Source: Wallemia ichthyophaga EXF-994 (taxonomy: Eukaryota; Fungi; Basidiomycota). From it: 32,000 bases of DNA. The stretch spans positions 30,001 to 62,000 of the forward strand of contig NW_008806300.1 in NCBI RefSeq assembly GCF_000400465.1. The letters run 5' to 3'. The translations under genes were made by a program, and so were the position numbers. The notes under the pieces were generated by a model that had not been told where the DNA came from, made no database searches, and worked only from the letters and a program-made list of their open reading frames with translations. Shown here piece after piece: positions 1 to 23,232 of this stretch; position 1 is the first letter of the stretch; each line of letters begins with the position of its first letter.

Positions 1-1007
1 CTGAATAATTTACCTGTATCGAATTTTGATAATTTATTTGACATAGATACTAGACTTACTGATAATCCATATGGTCCTAAAATTTCAATAATACCTCTAT
101 CAAATACTTTAGATAAAATTAATCCATATTTGAAACTTAAATCTGTAGTTAATCCATTTAAAATAGCATCGAATTTATATTTACCATTGAAGAATGTATA
201 AGATTTATATCCGAAGTTTGATTTTGTTAAATCAATTGCATATTTTGCTGCTGACGGATATTGATATAGACTAAATCCAGCTAAGAATCCAATTAAAGTG
301 AAAATAGCTGGTAACCATTTAATAAGAATAGGTAAGTTAAATTCAGCTTCAACTAAGTATACATTATTTGGGTGTGTAAACAATGCTGAACCAAAGAAAT
401 CAGTTCCCATACCTACAAATGCATCTTTTCCAAAGTAACCAAAGAAGATACTCATAATACTTAATACAATTAATGGAATAAATGTAAATGTATCACTTTC
501 GTGTGTATTTTCATAATCTACTTTTGGTGCATTTGGTGTTGAAAAGAATACTAGTGTTAATAATCTAGTTGAATAGAAAGCTGTGAATAAAGCTGCTACT
601 GATCCAAGAATAAATACTACAATACCTGGTAGAGAATAAGCACCATATGACAATTCAAGAATTAAATCTTTAGAATAGAATCCTGTTAAAAATGGTACTG
701 CCATTAATGAAAACGATCCTACTAGCATGGCTGTATATTTTAATGTTAAAAATGATCTTAATCCTCCTAATCTTCTAATATCTTGTTGATCCGCCATAGA
801 GTGAATAACAGCACCTGCAGCTAAGAATAGCATAGATTTAAAGAAACCATGATTTACTAAATGGAATAATGCAACATCATATTGAGATAATCCACATGCC
901 ATAACCATATATCCACATTGTGACATAGTACTCATAGCAATAATACGTTTCATATCATTTTGTAATAATCCCATTGAGGCTCCAATAAAGGCAGTTACAG
1001 CTCCAAT
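1..1007 (-). pseudogene. nad5: 5'-truncated duplicate of nad5 (copy of 1930-2936, runs off the window edge)
   Basis: Matches 1930-2936 at offset 1929 with at least 6 substitutions; breaks off at 1007/1008 mid-gene, no start codon. Confidence 0.9.
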
Positions 1008-1112
1008 ACCCTTTAACTAATCAGACAATAATAAAACCAAAAAGATAATTACCTTTATTACTATATAAAAATAAAAATTTTTTATCTTTTGTTATAGTTT
1101 TATATTTTAATT

Positions 1113-1185
1113 TATCCACGATCGGATTCGAACCGACATAACTCCACACGAAAAGTGAATGTCTTACCTGTTAGACTACATGGAC
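1113..1185 (-). tRNA. trnE: tRNA-Glu(UUC)
   Basis: Cloverleaf: acceptor GTCCATG/CGTGGAT, anticodon loop TT-TTC-GT, T loop TTCGAAT. Confidence 0.92.
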
Positions 1186-1321
1186 ATTTAATTTAAATAA
1201 AACCAATAAATCAGTATATAAAATAAATTAATATATTAATATTATGGATTTTTATTATTTTTAGTATTTTTATTATTTTTAGTATTTTTTAGTTTATTAT
1301 TTTAAAGTTTTTTATTCATTG

Positions 1322-1392
1322 TGCGAGTAATGGATTCGAACCAAATTCCAACAAGTCATGAGCTTATTATGCTAACCATTACACCAACTCGC
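1322..1392 (-). tRNA. trnM: tRNA-Met(CAU), possibly the initiator
   Basis: Acceptor GCGAGTT/TACTCGC, anticodon loop CT-CAT-GA, T loop TTCGAAT. Met vs Ile(CAU) not formally resolved. Confidence 0.85.
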
Positions 1393-1435
1393 ATTTAAAT
1401 AGTATAAAGCATATATTATATTGGCTTTATAATAA

Positions 1436-1506
1436 AATCACTTCCAGGATTCGAACCTGAATAGGGATCTTAGAAGGATCCTGCTTTACCCTTAAGCTAA
1501 AGTAAT
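1436..1506 (-). tRNA. trnR: tRNA-Arg(UCU)
   Basis: Acceptor ATTACTT/AAGTGAT, anticodon stem GGATC/GATCC with loop CT-TCT-AA. Confidence 0.92.
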
Positions 1507-1509
1507 TGC

Positions 1510-1528
1510 TACTTATAACTACTTATAT
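1510..1528 (-). promoter_or_regulatory. Two tandem WTATAAGTA promoter-like nonamers
   Basis: tacttataa (1510-1518) and tacttatat (1520-1528) read TTATAAGTA and ATATAAGTA on the minus strand, ending 4 and 14 nt upstream of trnR; matches the yeast mt promoter consensus. Confidence 0.4.
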
Positions 1529-1557
1529 TTTATTGTATATCTTTATTTTTATATAAT

Positions 1558-1630
1558 AGTCAGAGCAAGGAATTGAACCTTTTTCTACCAGATTTGCAAT
1601 CCGAAGGCTGAAACCATCAGCCGCCCTAAC
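1558..1630 (-). tRNA. trnC: tRNA-Cys(GCA)
   Basis: Acceptor GTTAGGG/CTCTGAC, anticodon loop TT-GCA-AA, T loop TTCAATT. Confidence 0.9.
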
Positions 1631-1680
1631 CTTAATATACCAAAACAAATACTAATTATATTACCTTTAATTTACTATGA

Positions 1681-1691
1681 AGGGGTTTAAT
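1681..1691 (-). promoter_or_regulatory. C-core motif (ATTAAACCCCT) downstream of nad5
   Basis: CCCC lies 42 nt after the nad5 stop; the same motif follows cox1, atp8 and cox3. Confidence 0.55.
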
Positions 1692-1727
1692 AATTTTATT
1701 AATAATAATATTTCTATGTTAAATCAA

Positions 1728-3773
1728 CTATGAAACTAGTAATAATAGTAAAAACAATAATCCTAATTTAATTCCTAAAATCATTGTACCATTTGATAGG
1801 TTTAATAAACCTACTCCTAATACTAAGAAAATAAGAATCATTAAGGCTAACATGATATATAATGAGTTTAATGTAATTCCTCCACTATTTGATAGTGCAT
1901 CAGTATCAGTTTCTTTTAATTGATTTTGACTGAATAATTTACCTGTATCGAATTTTGATAATTTATTTGACATAGATACTAGACTTACTGATAATCCATA
2001 TGGTCCTAAAATTTCAATAATACCTCTATCAAATACTTTAGATAAAATTAATCCATATTTGAAACTTAAATCTGTAGTTAATCCATTTAAAATAGCATCG
2101 AATTTATATTTACCATTGAAGAATGTATAAGATTTATATCCGAAGTTTGATTTTGTTAAATCAATTGCATATTTTGCTGCTGACGGATATTGATATAGAC
2201 TAAATCCAGCTAAGAATCCAATTAAAGTGAAAATAGCTGGTAACCATTTAATAAGAATAGGTAAGTTAAATTCAGCTTCAACTAAGTATACATTATTTGG
2301 GTGTGTAAACAATGCTGAACCAAAGAAATCAGTTCCCATACCTACAAATGCATCTTTTCCAAAGTAACCAAAGAAGATACTCATAATACTTAATACAATT
2401 AATGGAATAAATGTAAATGTATCACTTTCGTGTGTATTTTCATAATCTACTTTTGGTGCATTTGGTGTTGAAAAGAATACTAGTGTTAATAATCTAGTTG
2501 AATAGAAAGCTGTGAATAAAGCTGCTACTGATCCAAGAATAAATACTACAATACCTGGTAGAGAATAAGCACCATATGACAATTCAAGAATTAAATCTTT
2601 AGAATAGAATCCTGTTAAAAATGGTACTGCCATTAATGAAAATGATCCTACTAACATTGCTGTATATGTTAATGGTAAAAATGATCTTAATCCTCCTAAT
2701 CTTCTAATATCTTGTTGATCCGCCATAGAGTGAATAACAGCACCTGCAGCTAAGAATAGCATAGATTTAAAGAAACCATGATTTACTAAATGGAATAATG
2801 CAACATCATATTGAGATAATCCACATGCCATAACCATATATCCACATTGTGACATAGTACTCATAGCAATAATACGTTTCATATCATTTTGTAATAATCC
2901 CATTGAGGCTCCAATAAATGCAGTTACAGCTCCAATCCATACAATAACAGTAAGTGCTGTAGTTGCAAATTCTAATAATGGAGATGATCTTAATAATAAA
3001 TAAATTCCGGCTGTAACTAGAGTAGCTGAGTGAAGTAAAGAACTAACAGGTGTTGGTCCTTCCATACTTGATGGTAACCATGAGTGTAGTCCAATTTGAA
3101 CTGATTTTCCTGCTACACCTCCTAACATTAATAATACAATTAATGATAATACATTTTCATTCATATAAGGTGCAGTACTGAATACTGTAGAATAATCAAC
3201 AGCTCCAATTAACCAGAATAAACCAAAGAAAGCAACAGTTAATGAATAATCACCCACTCTATTAGTTACAAATGCTTGATTAGCAGATTTAGTAGCTTGA
3301 GCTCTAGTAAACCAGAAACCAATTAATAAATAAGAAGCAATACCAATAAATTCCCATCCAATGAATAAAATTAAATAGTTATTACCTGTTACTAATACTA
3401 ACATTGAAAATGTGAATAAACTTAAAAAACTAAAGAATCTTTGATTATGTGGATCATGTGCCATATAACTAATAGTATAAAGATGAACAAGACTTGAAAC
3501 AGTTAAAACAGTAATAAGCATAGATACAGTTAAAGTATCAAATTGAAATGCCCAATTAACAGTTAAAGCTTCAATATCAATCCAACTTGTAAGATTAATA
3601 ATAACTGGTGAATTTGATAATGCTACTTCATAAAAAGCGATCCAAGCTAATGCTGTTGAAATAAATAATAATGATGTTGTTGTGATTTGAGCTCCTTTAG
3701 CACCAATAAATCTTCCTAAAAAACCAGCAGAAAGAGACCCTAATAATGGTAATAATAAAATTGATAGATACAT
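1728..3773 (-). CDS. nad5: NADH dehydrogenase subunit 5 (681 aa, intronless)
   Basis: Motifs WLPSSMEGPTPVSSLLHSATLV, HLVNHGFFKSMLFL, GFYSKDLILE; ATG to TAG. Confidence 0.99.
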   Translation of the reverse strand: MYLSILLLPLLGSLSAGFLGRFIGAKGAQITTTSLLFISTALAWIAFYEVALSNSPVIINLTSWIDIEALTVNWAFQFDTLTVSMLITVLTVSSLVHLYTISYMAHDPHNQRFFSFLSLFTFSMLVLVTGNNYLILFIGWEFIGIASYLLIGFWFTRAQATKSANQAFVTNRVGDYSLTVAFFGLFWLIGAVDYSTVFSTAPYMNENVLSLIVLLMLGGVAGKSVQIGLHSWLPSSMEGPTPVSSLLHSATLVTAGIYLLLRSSPLLEFATTALTVIVWIGAVTAFIGASMGLLQNDMKRIIAMSTMSQCGYMVMACGLSQYDVALFHLVNHGFFKSMLFLAAGAVIHSMADQQDIRRLGGLRSFLPLTYTAMLVGSFSLMAVPFLTGFYSKDLILELSYGAYSLPGIVVFILGSVAALFTAFYSTRLLTLVFFSTPNAPKVDYENTHESDTFTFIPLIVLSIMSIFFGYFGKDAFVGMGTDFFGSALFTHPNNVYLVEAEFNLPILIKWLPAIFTLIGFLAGFSLYQYPSAAKYAIDLTKSNFGYKSYTFFNGKYKFDAILNGLTTDLSFKYGLILSKVFDRGIIEILGPYGLSVSLVSMSNKLSKFDTGKLFSQNQLKETDTDALSNSGGITLNSLYIMLALMILIFLVLGVGLLNLSNGTMILGIKLGLLFLLLLLVS

Positions 3774-3776
3774 TAT

Positions 3777-4043
3777 TTATACTCTTAATGAAATTGTTCC
3801 TTTCAGACGATAATAGGCTACTAATACTCCTAACCCAATAGCTGATTCAGCCCCAGCAACGGCAATAATATAAATAGCATAAGTTTGTCCTAAAATATCA
3901 TTGAATACATATGATGAAATTAAAATTAATAATGTTACAGCTAATAACATTAACTCAACAGAAATTAACATTAATAATACATTCTTTCTATTTAAAACAA
4001 AACCTAGCACACCAATTAAAAATAAAATTAATGGTAATGTCAT
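3777..4043 (-). CDS. nad4L: NADH dehydrogenase subunit 4L (88 aa)
   Basis: FVLNRKN...ELMLL...AGAESAIGLGVLVAYYRLKG; 3 bp upstream of nad5, the usual fungal pairing. Confidence 0.98.
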   Translation of the reverse strand: MTLPLILFLIGVLGFVLNRKNVLLMLISVELMLLAVTLLILISSYVFNDILGQTYAIYIIAVAGAESAIGLGVLVAYYRLKGTISLRV

Positions 4044-4417
4044 TTTAATTTTTTATAACTACAATACTAATAACAGATATTATCTATTAAAGGGCAAAAC
4101 TTTTATATTTTCCAAACAATTAACGTATATAATATTTACCTAAGTAAATTAGACTAAAATAATAATTATAATTATATAAATTATTATTTTAAATCCATTA
4201 CCTATAAAATAAATATAAATTTATAAGCTTATTCTATTACTAATTCTTGATTCTTATATTTATAGGAGTCATTCTAACATAATATAAATAAATATAATTA
4301 AATAGTTAAAATTAATAATTCTAAGCATTAAATAAAAAATAGTAATTATAGGTTAGTAAGCAAGAATATAATTTAGTTTATATTAACTTGAGTTATATAG
4401 TCAGACAATTTTATTGA

Positions 4418-16396
<11,979 letters not shown>

Positions 16397-16414
16397 ATCA
16401 ATTATTAAAAATTT

Positions 16415-16425
16415 TTAATACCCCT
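16415..16425 (+). promoter_or_regulatory. C-core motif (TTAATACCCCT) downstream of cox1
   Basis: CCCC lies 24 nt after the cox1 stop. Confidence 0.55.
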
Positions 16426-16496
16426 TTTATTTATTTTATTATGATATCTACGGATATTATTTCCTTTGTATATCAGAGTGATTTATTCAAAGTAAA

Positions 16497-16643
16497 ATGC
16501 CACAACTATTACCGTTCTACTTTTTGAACCAGTACGTATTTGCCTTAGTTGCATTATTTGCTGTAGTTTACGTATTATCAAAATACATCTTACCTTACTT
16601 TGTACAATTACAAGTATCTAGAGTATTTATCACTAAATTATAG
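16497..16643 (+). CDS. atp8: ATP synthase subunit 8 (48 aa), absent from the ORF track
   Basis: [12 protein letters not shown]...SKYILP...[12 protein letters not shown]. Confidence 0.97.
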   Translation: MPQLLPFYFLNQYVFALVALFAVVYVLSKYILPYFVQLQVSRVFITKL

Positions 16644-16687
16644 TATTGTTCTATAATTTATAATTTATAATCAATCAAATTAAATTA

Positions 16688-16698
16688 ATTAAACCCCT
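16688..16698 (+). promoter_or_regulatory. C-core motif (ATTAAACCCCT) downstream of atp8
   Basis: CCCC lies 50 nt after the atp8 stop. Confidence 0.55.
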
Positions 16699-16885
16699 TC
16701 CTATTATGGGTTATATTAGTGAAAATGGTTTTATTTGAAGTTCAATTCTTCAATTCACTTATTGTAGATGAGTATTCTGCATGCAGTAACCGTTATATAT
16801 TTTGTTACTGGAAATTTTAGGTTATAGAATAATTTATTTTATTAATTATTTCTATGTTTGCATAATAATAATTATGATTTTTGAA

Positions 16886-17265
16886 ATGCACGCTATTAAA
16901 AGACACCAATTTCAACCTTTCCCTTATCATTTAGTAGATCCAAGTCCTTGGCCACTACTAACATCATTTGCATTATTAACATTTGCAGTTTCTGCTGTGT
17001 TATTTTTCCATTCATTTCCTAATTCTGGTTACATGTTAACATTAGGATTATTCTTAACTACAGCTGTTATGATCCTATGGTTCAGAGATGTAGTTACTGA
17101 AGGTACATTATTAGGAGACCACACTGTAGCTGTTCAACATGGTTTAACACTAGGAACAGCATTATTCATTACATCTGAAGTATTTGTATTCGTTAGTGTA
17201 TTCTGGGCTTACTTCCATAGTGCACTATCACCTACTGTTGAATTAGGAGCTGTTTGGCCACCTCA
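16886..17265 (+). pseudogene. cox3: 3'-truncated cox3 created by the 2119 bp duplication junction
   Basis: Matches cox3 up to WPP, then reads into cox1 intron 7 sequence. Confidence 0.9.
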
Positions 17266-17355
17266 CAACTTTTCTCTGATTTATTATAAATTTTTAATAC
17301 CCAAATTATAATAATGTTAAAACTTAACATAACGACTTTACGAGAAAGACCTTAA

Positions 17356-17625
<270 letters not shown>

Positions 17626-17788
17626 TAAATATAATAACTATTATGTGTCGTGTTTAATAAAAATAAATGCTTATATTATAATTAACAATTATACTTAATA
17701 AAAGTTATAATTAATTGTAGATATTTTCTATAAGCAAAGTATATCTTTTAGAGACTATTAATAAGATATAGTCCAATTTATAAATTAA

Positions 17789-17995
<207 letters not shown>

Positions 17996-18185
17996 TAAAC
18001 AAAATTGGGGGAAGTAAAAAATAGCTATATGCGTGAATTTTTATTAAATGTATATATATATATTATTAAGTAAAGTAATACGCAGGATTGATATATCCTC
18101 AAAGATCTTACACTAATAAAAGATTAGATCTACTTTCATTAAGTTATTTCATTTAAACATAAATTTCATTTTAAATAATTAGTGA

Positions 18186-18512
<327 letters not shown>

Positions 18513-18615
18513 TAAATCAATTATTAAAAATTTTTAATACCCCTTTTATTTATTTTATTATGATATCTACGGATATTATTTCCTTTGTATATCAGAGTGA
18601 TTTATTCAAAGTAAA

Positions 18616-18762
18616 ATGCCACAACTATTACCGTTCTACTTTTTGAACCAGTACGTATTTGCCTTAGTTGCATTATTTGCTGTAGTTTACGTATTATCAA
18701 AATACATCTTACCTTACTTTGTACAATTACAAGTATCTAGAGTATTTATCACTAAATTATAG
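18616..18762 (+). CDS. atp8: ATP synthase subunit 8, duplicate copy
   Basis: Copy at +2119. Confidence 0.9.
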   Translation: MPQLLPFYFLNQYVFALVALFAVVYVLSKYILPYFVQLQVSRVFITKL

Positions 18763-19004
18763 TATTGTTCTATAATTTATAATTTATAATCAATCAAATT
18801 AAATTAATTAAACCCCTTCCTATTATGGGTTATATTAGTGAAAATGGTTTTATTTGAAGTTCAATTCTTCAATTCACTTATTGTAGATGAGTATTCTGCA
18901 TGCAGTAACCGTTATATATTTTGTTACTGGAAATTTTAGGTTATAGAATAATTTATTTTATTAATTATTTCTATGTTTGCATAATAATAATTATGATTTT
19001 TGAA

Positions 19005-20020
19005 ATGCACGCTATTAAAAGACACCAATTTCAACCTTTCCCTTATCATTTAGTAGATCCAAGTCCTTGGCCACTACTAACATCATTTGCATTATTAACA
19101 TTTGCAGTTTCTGCTGTGTTATTTTTCCATTCATTTCCTAATTCTGGTTACATGTTAACATTAGGATTATTCTTAACTACAGCTGTTATGATCCTATGGT
19201 TCAGAGATGTAGTTACTGAAGGTACATTATTAGGAGACCACACTGTAGCTGTTCAACATGGTTTAACACTAGGAACAGCATTATTCATTACATCTGAAGT
19301 ATTTGTATTCGTTAGTGTATTCTGGGCTTACTTCCATAGTGCACTATCACCTACTGTTGAATTAGGAGCTGTTTGGCCACCTCAAGGTATTGAGGCTCTA
19401 GATCCTTACGCATTACCATTATTAAACACAGTATTACTACTATCTAGTGGTGCTACTGTTACATGGGCACACCATTCATTAATCCAAGGAGATAGAAAAG
19501 GTGCAATTATTGGAAATATTCTAACAGTTGTATTAGCATTATTATTCACATATTGTCAATATATCGAATATAGTACTGCTCCATTCTCTATGTCTGACTC
19601 AGTATATGGATCAACATTCTATGCTGCTACTGGATTACATGCTATCCATGTTATTATTGGTAACCTATTTATTATGGTAGGAGCTGTAAGACTAGTATTA
19701 TACCACTTAACTAACCATCACCACATTGGTTATGAGTCAGCTATTCTTTATTGGCAAACAAAAATGCCTCACTATTTACTGAAATAGAAGTTAATCTTAT
19801 TAAATGTCTAGTGTTATAAATAAATTAAGTACTTAATTAAGTAATAATCTTAAATTAAAAATTTATTTACAGACAGAATTATATTCTTAGAGACTTTACA
19901 TATAAAATATAAAACATGTTTTTATATTAAGATAAAGTCCATTTATTACAAATTTAGACTGATTTTGTTGATGTAGTTTGGCTTATTCTTTATATCTCAG
20001 TGTACATGTGGGGTTCTTAA
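19005..20020 (+). CDS. cox3: Cytochrome c oxidase subunit 3, join(19005-19755, 19962-20020), 269 aa
   Basis: HPY-like PFPYHLVDPSPWP, ATGLHAIHV, and YWHFVDVVW restored by splicing. ATG 19005 is preferred over the TTG start in the ORF track. Confidence 0.96.
19756..19961 (+). mobile_element. cox3 intron, group IB, ORF-less, 206 bp
   Basis: Core agagacttt...aagataaagtcc, P4 tgtct/agaca, P8 hairpin, terminal G; splits the His codon C|AT. Confidence 0.9.
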
Positions 20021-20055
20021 GGTTTAAGGTACACAATTTAGACTCTATTAAATTA

Positions 20056-20066
20056 ATTACACCCCT
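20056..20066 (+). promoter_or_regulatory. C-core motif downstream of cox3 (ATTACACCCCT; duplicate copy ATTAAACCCCT at 21760-21770)
   Basis: CCCC lies 41 nt after the cox3 stop. Confidence 0.55.
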
Positions 20067-20242
20067 CCCGATAATAAGATATCTTATATTATATATATAT
20101 ATGTATAGACGACTTTAATTAATAAAAAATACTACTCTGTAATTATTATACTATTATTAATTAATTAATCCAATTAAAGGTAATAATATATTTGTTACAT
20201 ATTTATTAATATATTTGTGGCATATTCTATTTTTTTAAAAAC

Positions 20243-20316
20243 GGTGGGATTAGCTCAATCGGTAGAGCGTCTATATGTGGCATAGAAGGCACATGGTTCG
20301 AATCCATGATCTCATC
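20243..20316 (+). tRNA. trnH: tRNA-His(GUG)
   Basis: Encoded G-1:C73 pair, anticodon stem TCTAT/ATAGA, loop AT-GTG-GC. Confidence 0.92.
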
Positions 20317-20929
20317 CGCTATAAATACACAACTAATGTAATAACAACTTAAAAAATTTGACACATTCTTATTTAATTATAAAAAATATTAAATTCTTTT
20401 ATTTTAGTACTTATATTTTCATTTTATTCTATTATAATTGTTGTTGTCAAATAAGGAAATTTCTACATTTTAATTATTATATAATATAGTAAGATTTTAA
20501 TACAATTATTTATACTAAAAAAGTTATACTAATTATTTTAATTTTACATATTATCTAAGTTTTACAGTAAATAAAAAATAAGTAATGTATATATTCATTA
20601 TTTATTTAGAATATTAAAACTATAAAATGCTTTATTAAGTAATCAAAAAGTTATATATTTAAAACTGAATATAAATTATAGGGTGTTATTATACATTTAA
20701 TATAAAAATATATAAAATAAACTTGGTTGTGTAATTTATATAAATAGCTTTGATACCCCTTATTAAATAGTTAAAAATAATAATAAGAGTGTATAATTAA
20801 GTTATAAGTTAAGTTTATTAAATCATATAAAAAATCAATGTATATATAAATTTATAATTATCTTTTTTTACTGGTTTATTTATTGTGTTTATTTTTTTTG
20901 TTTTATTTTCTTTGTGATATTCTATTAAT

Positions 20930-21001
20930 TGTTCCCAGCATGAGTCGAACATACCTCTCACGTGCTTCAAACGTGCACTCTGACCACTGAGCTATGGGAA
21001 C
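20930..21001 (-). tRNA. trnF: tRNA-Phe(GAA)
   Basis: Acceptor GTTCCCA/TGGGAAC, anticodon stem CACGT/ACGTG, loop TT-GAA-GC. Confidence 0.93.
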
Positions 21002-21023
21002 GATAATTGATATATAAGGGTTT

Positions 21024-21095
21024 TGGAGTATTAGGGAATCGAACCCTAAACTCTATCGTGCAAAAATAGTGTTATACCATTGTAACTAATACCCC
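21024..21095 (-). tRNA. trnA: tRNA-Ala(UGC)
   Basis: Acceptor GGGGTAT/ATACTCC with G3.U70, loop TT-TGC-AC. Confidence 0.93.
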
Positions 21096-21286
21096 TTACA
21101 AATTACCGATAGTAAATAATTATAAAAATGCATATCAATCATATATTACCTATATCTTATAAAATATTATATTATTTAATTGTAATAATAAGTAAAATAT
21201 AACTTTAAATAGAATATAATTATTATTTTTTATTATTCTTTAGGAGATTTTAGTTATTAACTATTCTGTGTTAAATTGATTATTTA

Positions 21287-21360
21287 CGAGTGCGACCGGA
21301 CTCGAACCGGCATGGCTATTCTCGACAAGAATATATATTGACCGATTATACTACACACCC
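21287..21360 (-). tRNA. trnD: tRNA-Asp(GUC)
   Basis: Acceptor GGGTGTG/CGCACTC, loop TT-GTC-GA. Confidence 0.93.
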
Positions 21361-21454
21361 ATTTACCTTTATAATAAAAATAAATAAATAAAGGTAAATC
21401 ATAAGATTATATTAGTAATTATAATAAATATAGTGTATATAATAGAAGATTATA

Positions 21455-21528
21455 CGAGAAGAGTCCATATTGGTATTGGAGCTTGCTTTGGGAGTCAGTA
21501 GTTTTGCGTTCGAATCGCATCTTCTCGA
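21455..21528 (+). tRNA. trnP: tRNA-Pro(UGG)
   Basis: Acceptor CGAGAAG/CTTCTCG, loop TT-TGG-GA; anticodon stem imperfect. Confidence 0.88.
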
Positions 21529-21946
21529 TTGATAGAAATAATAAATAATAATCTTAAATTAAAAATTTATTTACAGACAGAATTATATTCTTAGAGACTT
21601 TACATATAAAATATAAAACATGTTTTTATATTAAGATAAAGTCCATTTATTACAAATTTAGACTGATTTTGTTGATGTAGTTTGGCTTATTCTTTATATC
21701 TCAGTGTACATGTGGGGTTCTTAAGGTTTAAGGTACACAATTTAGACTCGATTAAATTAATTAAACCCCTCCCGATAATAAGATATCTTATATTATATAT
21801 ATATATGTATAGACGACTTTAATTAATAAAAAATACTACTCTGTAATTATTATACTATTATTAATTAATTAATCCAATTAAAGGTAATAATATATTTGTT
21901 ACATATTTATTAATATATTTGTGGCATATTCTATTTTTTTAAAAAC

Positions 21947-22020
21947 GGTGGGATTAGCTCAATCGGTAGAGCGTCTATATGTGGCATAGAAGGCACATGG
22001 TTCGAATCCATGATCTCATC
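21947..22020 (+). tRNA. trnH: tRNA-His(GUG), duplicate
   Basis: Copy at +1704. Confidence 0.85.
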
Positions 22021-22633
22021 CGCTATAAATACACAACTAATGTAATAACAACTTAAAAAATTTGACACATTCTTATTTAATTATAAAAAATATTAAATTC
22101 TTTTATTTTAGTACTTATATTTTCATTTTATTCTATTATAATTGTTGTTGTCAAATAAGGAAATTTCTACATTTTAATTATTATATAATATAGTAAGATT
22201 TTAATACAATTATTTATACTAAAAAAGTTATACTAATTATTTTAATTTTACATATTATCTAAGTTTTACAGTAAATAAAAAATAAGTAATGTATATATTC
22301 ATTATTTATTTAGAATATTAAAACTATAAAATGCTTTATTAAGTAATCAAAAAGTTATATATTTAAAACTGAATATAAATTATAGGGTGTTATTATACAT
22401 TTAATATAAAAATATATAAAATAAACTTGGTTGTGTAATTTATATAAATAGCTTTGATACCCCTTATTAAATAGTTAAAAATAATAATAAGAGTGTATAA
22501 TTAAGTTATAAGTTAAGTTTATTAAATCATATAAAAAATCAATGTATATATAAATTTATAATTATCTTTTTTTACTGGTTTATTTATTGTGTTTATTTTT
22601 TTTGTTTTATTTTCTTTGTGATATTCTATTAAT

Positions 22634-22705
22634 TGTTCCCAGCATGAGTCGAACATACCTCTCACGTGCTTCAAACGTGCACTCTGACCACTGAGCTATG
22701 GGAAC
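22634..22705 (-). tRNA. trnF: tRNA-Phe(GAA), duplicate
   Basis: Copy at +1704. Confidence 0.85.
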
Positions 22706-22727
22706 GATAATTGATATATAAGGGTTT

Positions 22728-22799
22728 TGGAGTATTAGGGAATCGAACCCTAAACTCTATCGTGCAAAAATAGTGTTATACCATTGTAACTAATACCCC
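22728..22799 (-). tRNA. trnA: tRNA-Ala(UGC), duplicate
   Basis: Copy at +1704. Confidence 0.85.
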
Positions 22800-22990
22800 T
22801 TACAAATTACCGATAGTAAATAATTATAAAAATGCATATCAATCATATATTACCTATATCTTATAAAATATTATATTATTTAATTGTAATAATAAGTAAA
22901 ATATAACTTTAAATAGAATATAATTATTATTTTTTATTATTCTTTAGGAGATTTTAGTTATTAACTATTCTGTGTTAAATTGATTATTTA

Positions 22991-23064
22991 CGAGTGCGAC
23001 CGGACTCGAACCGGCATGGCTATTCTCGACAAGAATATATATTGACCGATTATACTACACACCC
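22991..23064 (-). tRNA. trnD: tRNA-Asp(GUC), duplicate
   Basis: Copy at +1704. Confidence 0.85.
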
Positions 23065-23158
23065 ATTTACCTTTATAATAAAAATAAATAAATAAAGGTA
23101 AATCATAAGATTATATTAGTAATTATAATAAATATAGTGTATATAATAGAAGATTATA

Positions 23159-23232
23159 CGAGAAGAGTCCATATTGGTATTGGAGCTTGCTTTGGGAGTC
23201 AGTAGTTTTGCGTTCGAATCGCATCTTCTCGA
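23159..23232 (+). tRNA. trnP: tRNA-Pro(UGG), duplicate
   Basis: Copy at +1704. Confidence 0.82.

Noticed and set aside
3901-4143. 80-aa plus-strand ORF
   Set aside because: Mostly antisense to nad4L; low-complexity Asn/Ile/Lys product.
16802-17311. 169-aa Cox3 variant with a new C-terminus
   Set aside because: The tail HNFSLIYYKFLIPKL comes from the duplication junction, and the TTG start is upstream of the plausible ATG.
20440-20760. Firm rnpB call
   Set aside because: Only a loose CR-I resemblance and no supportable P4 pairing; kept as a low-interest lead.
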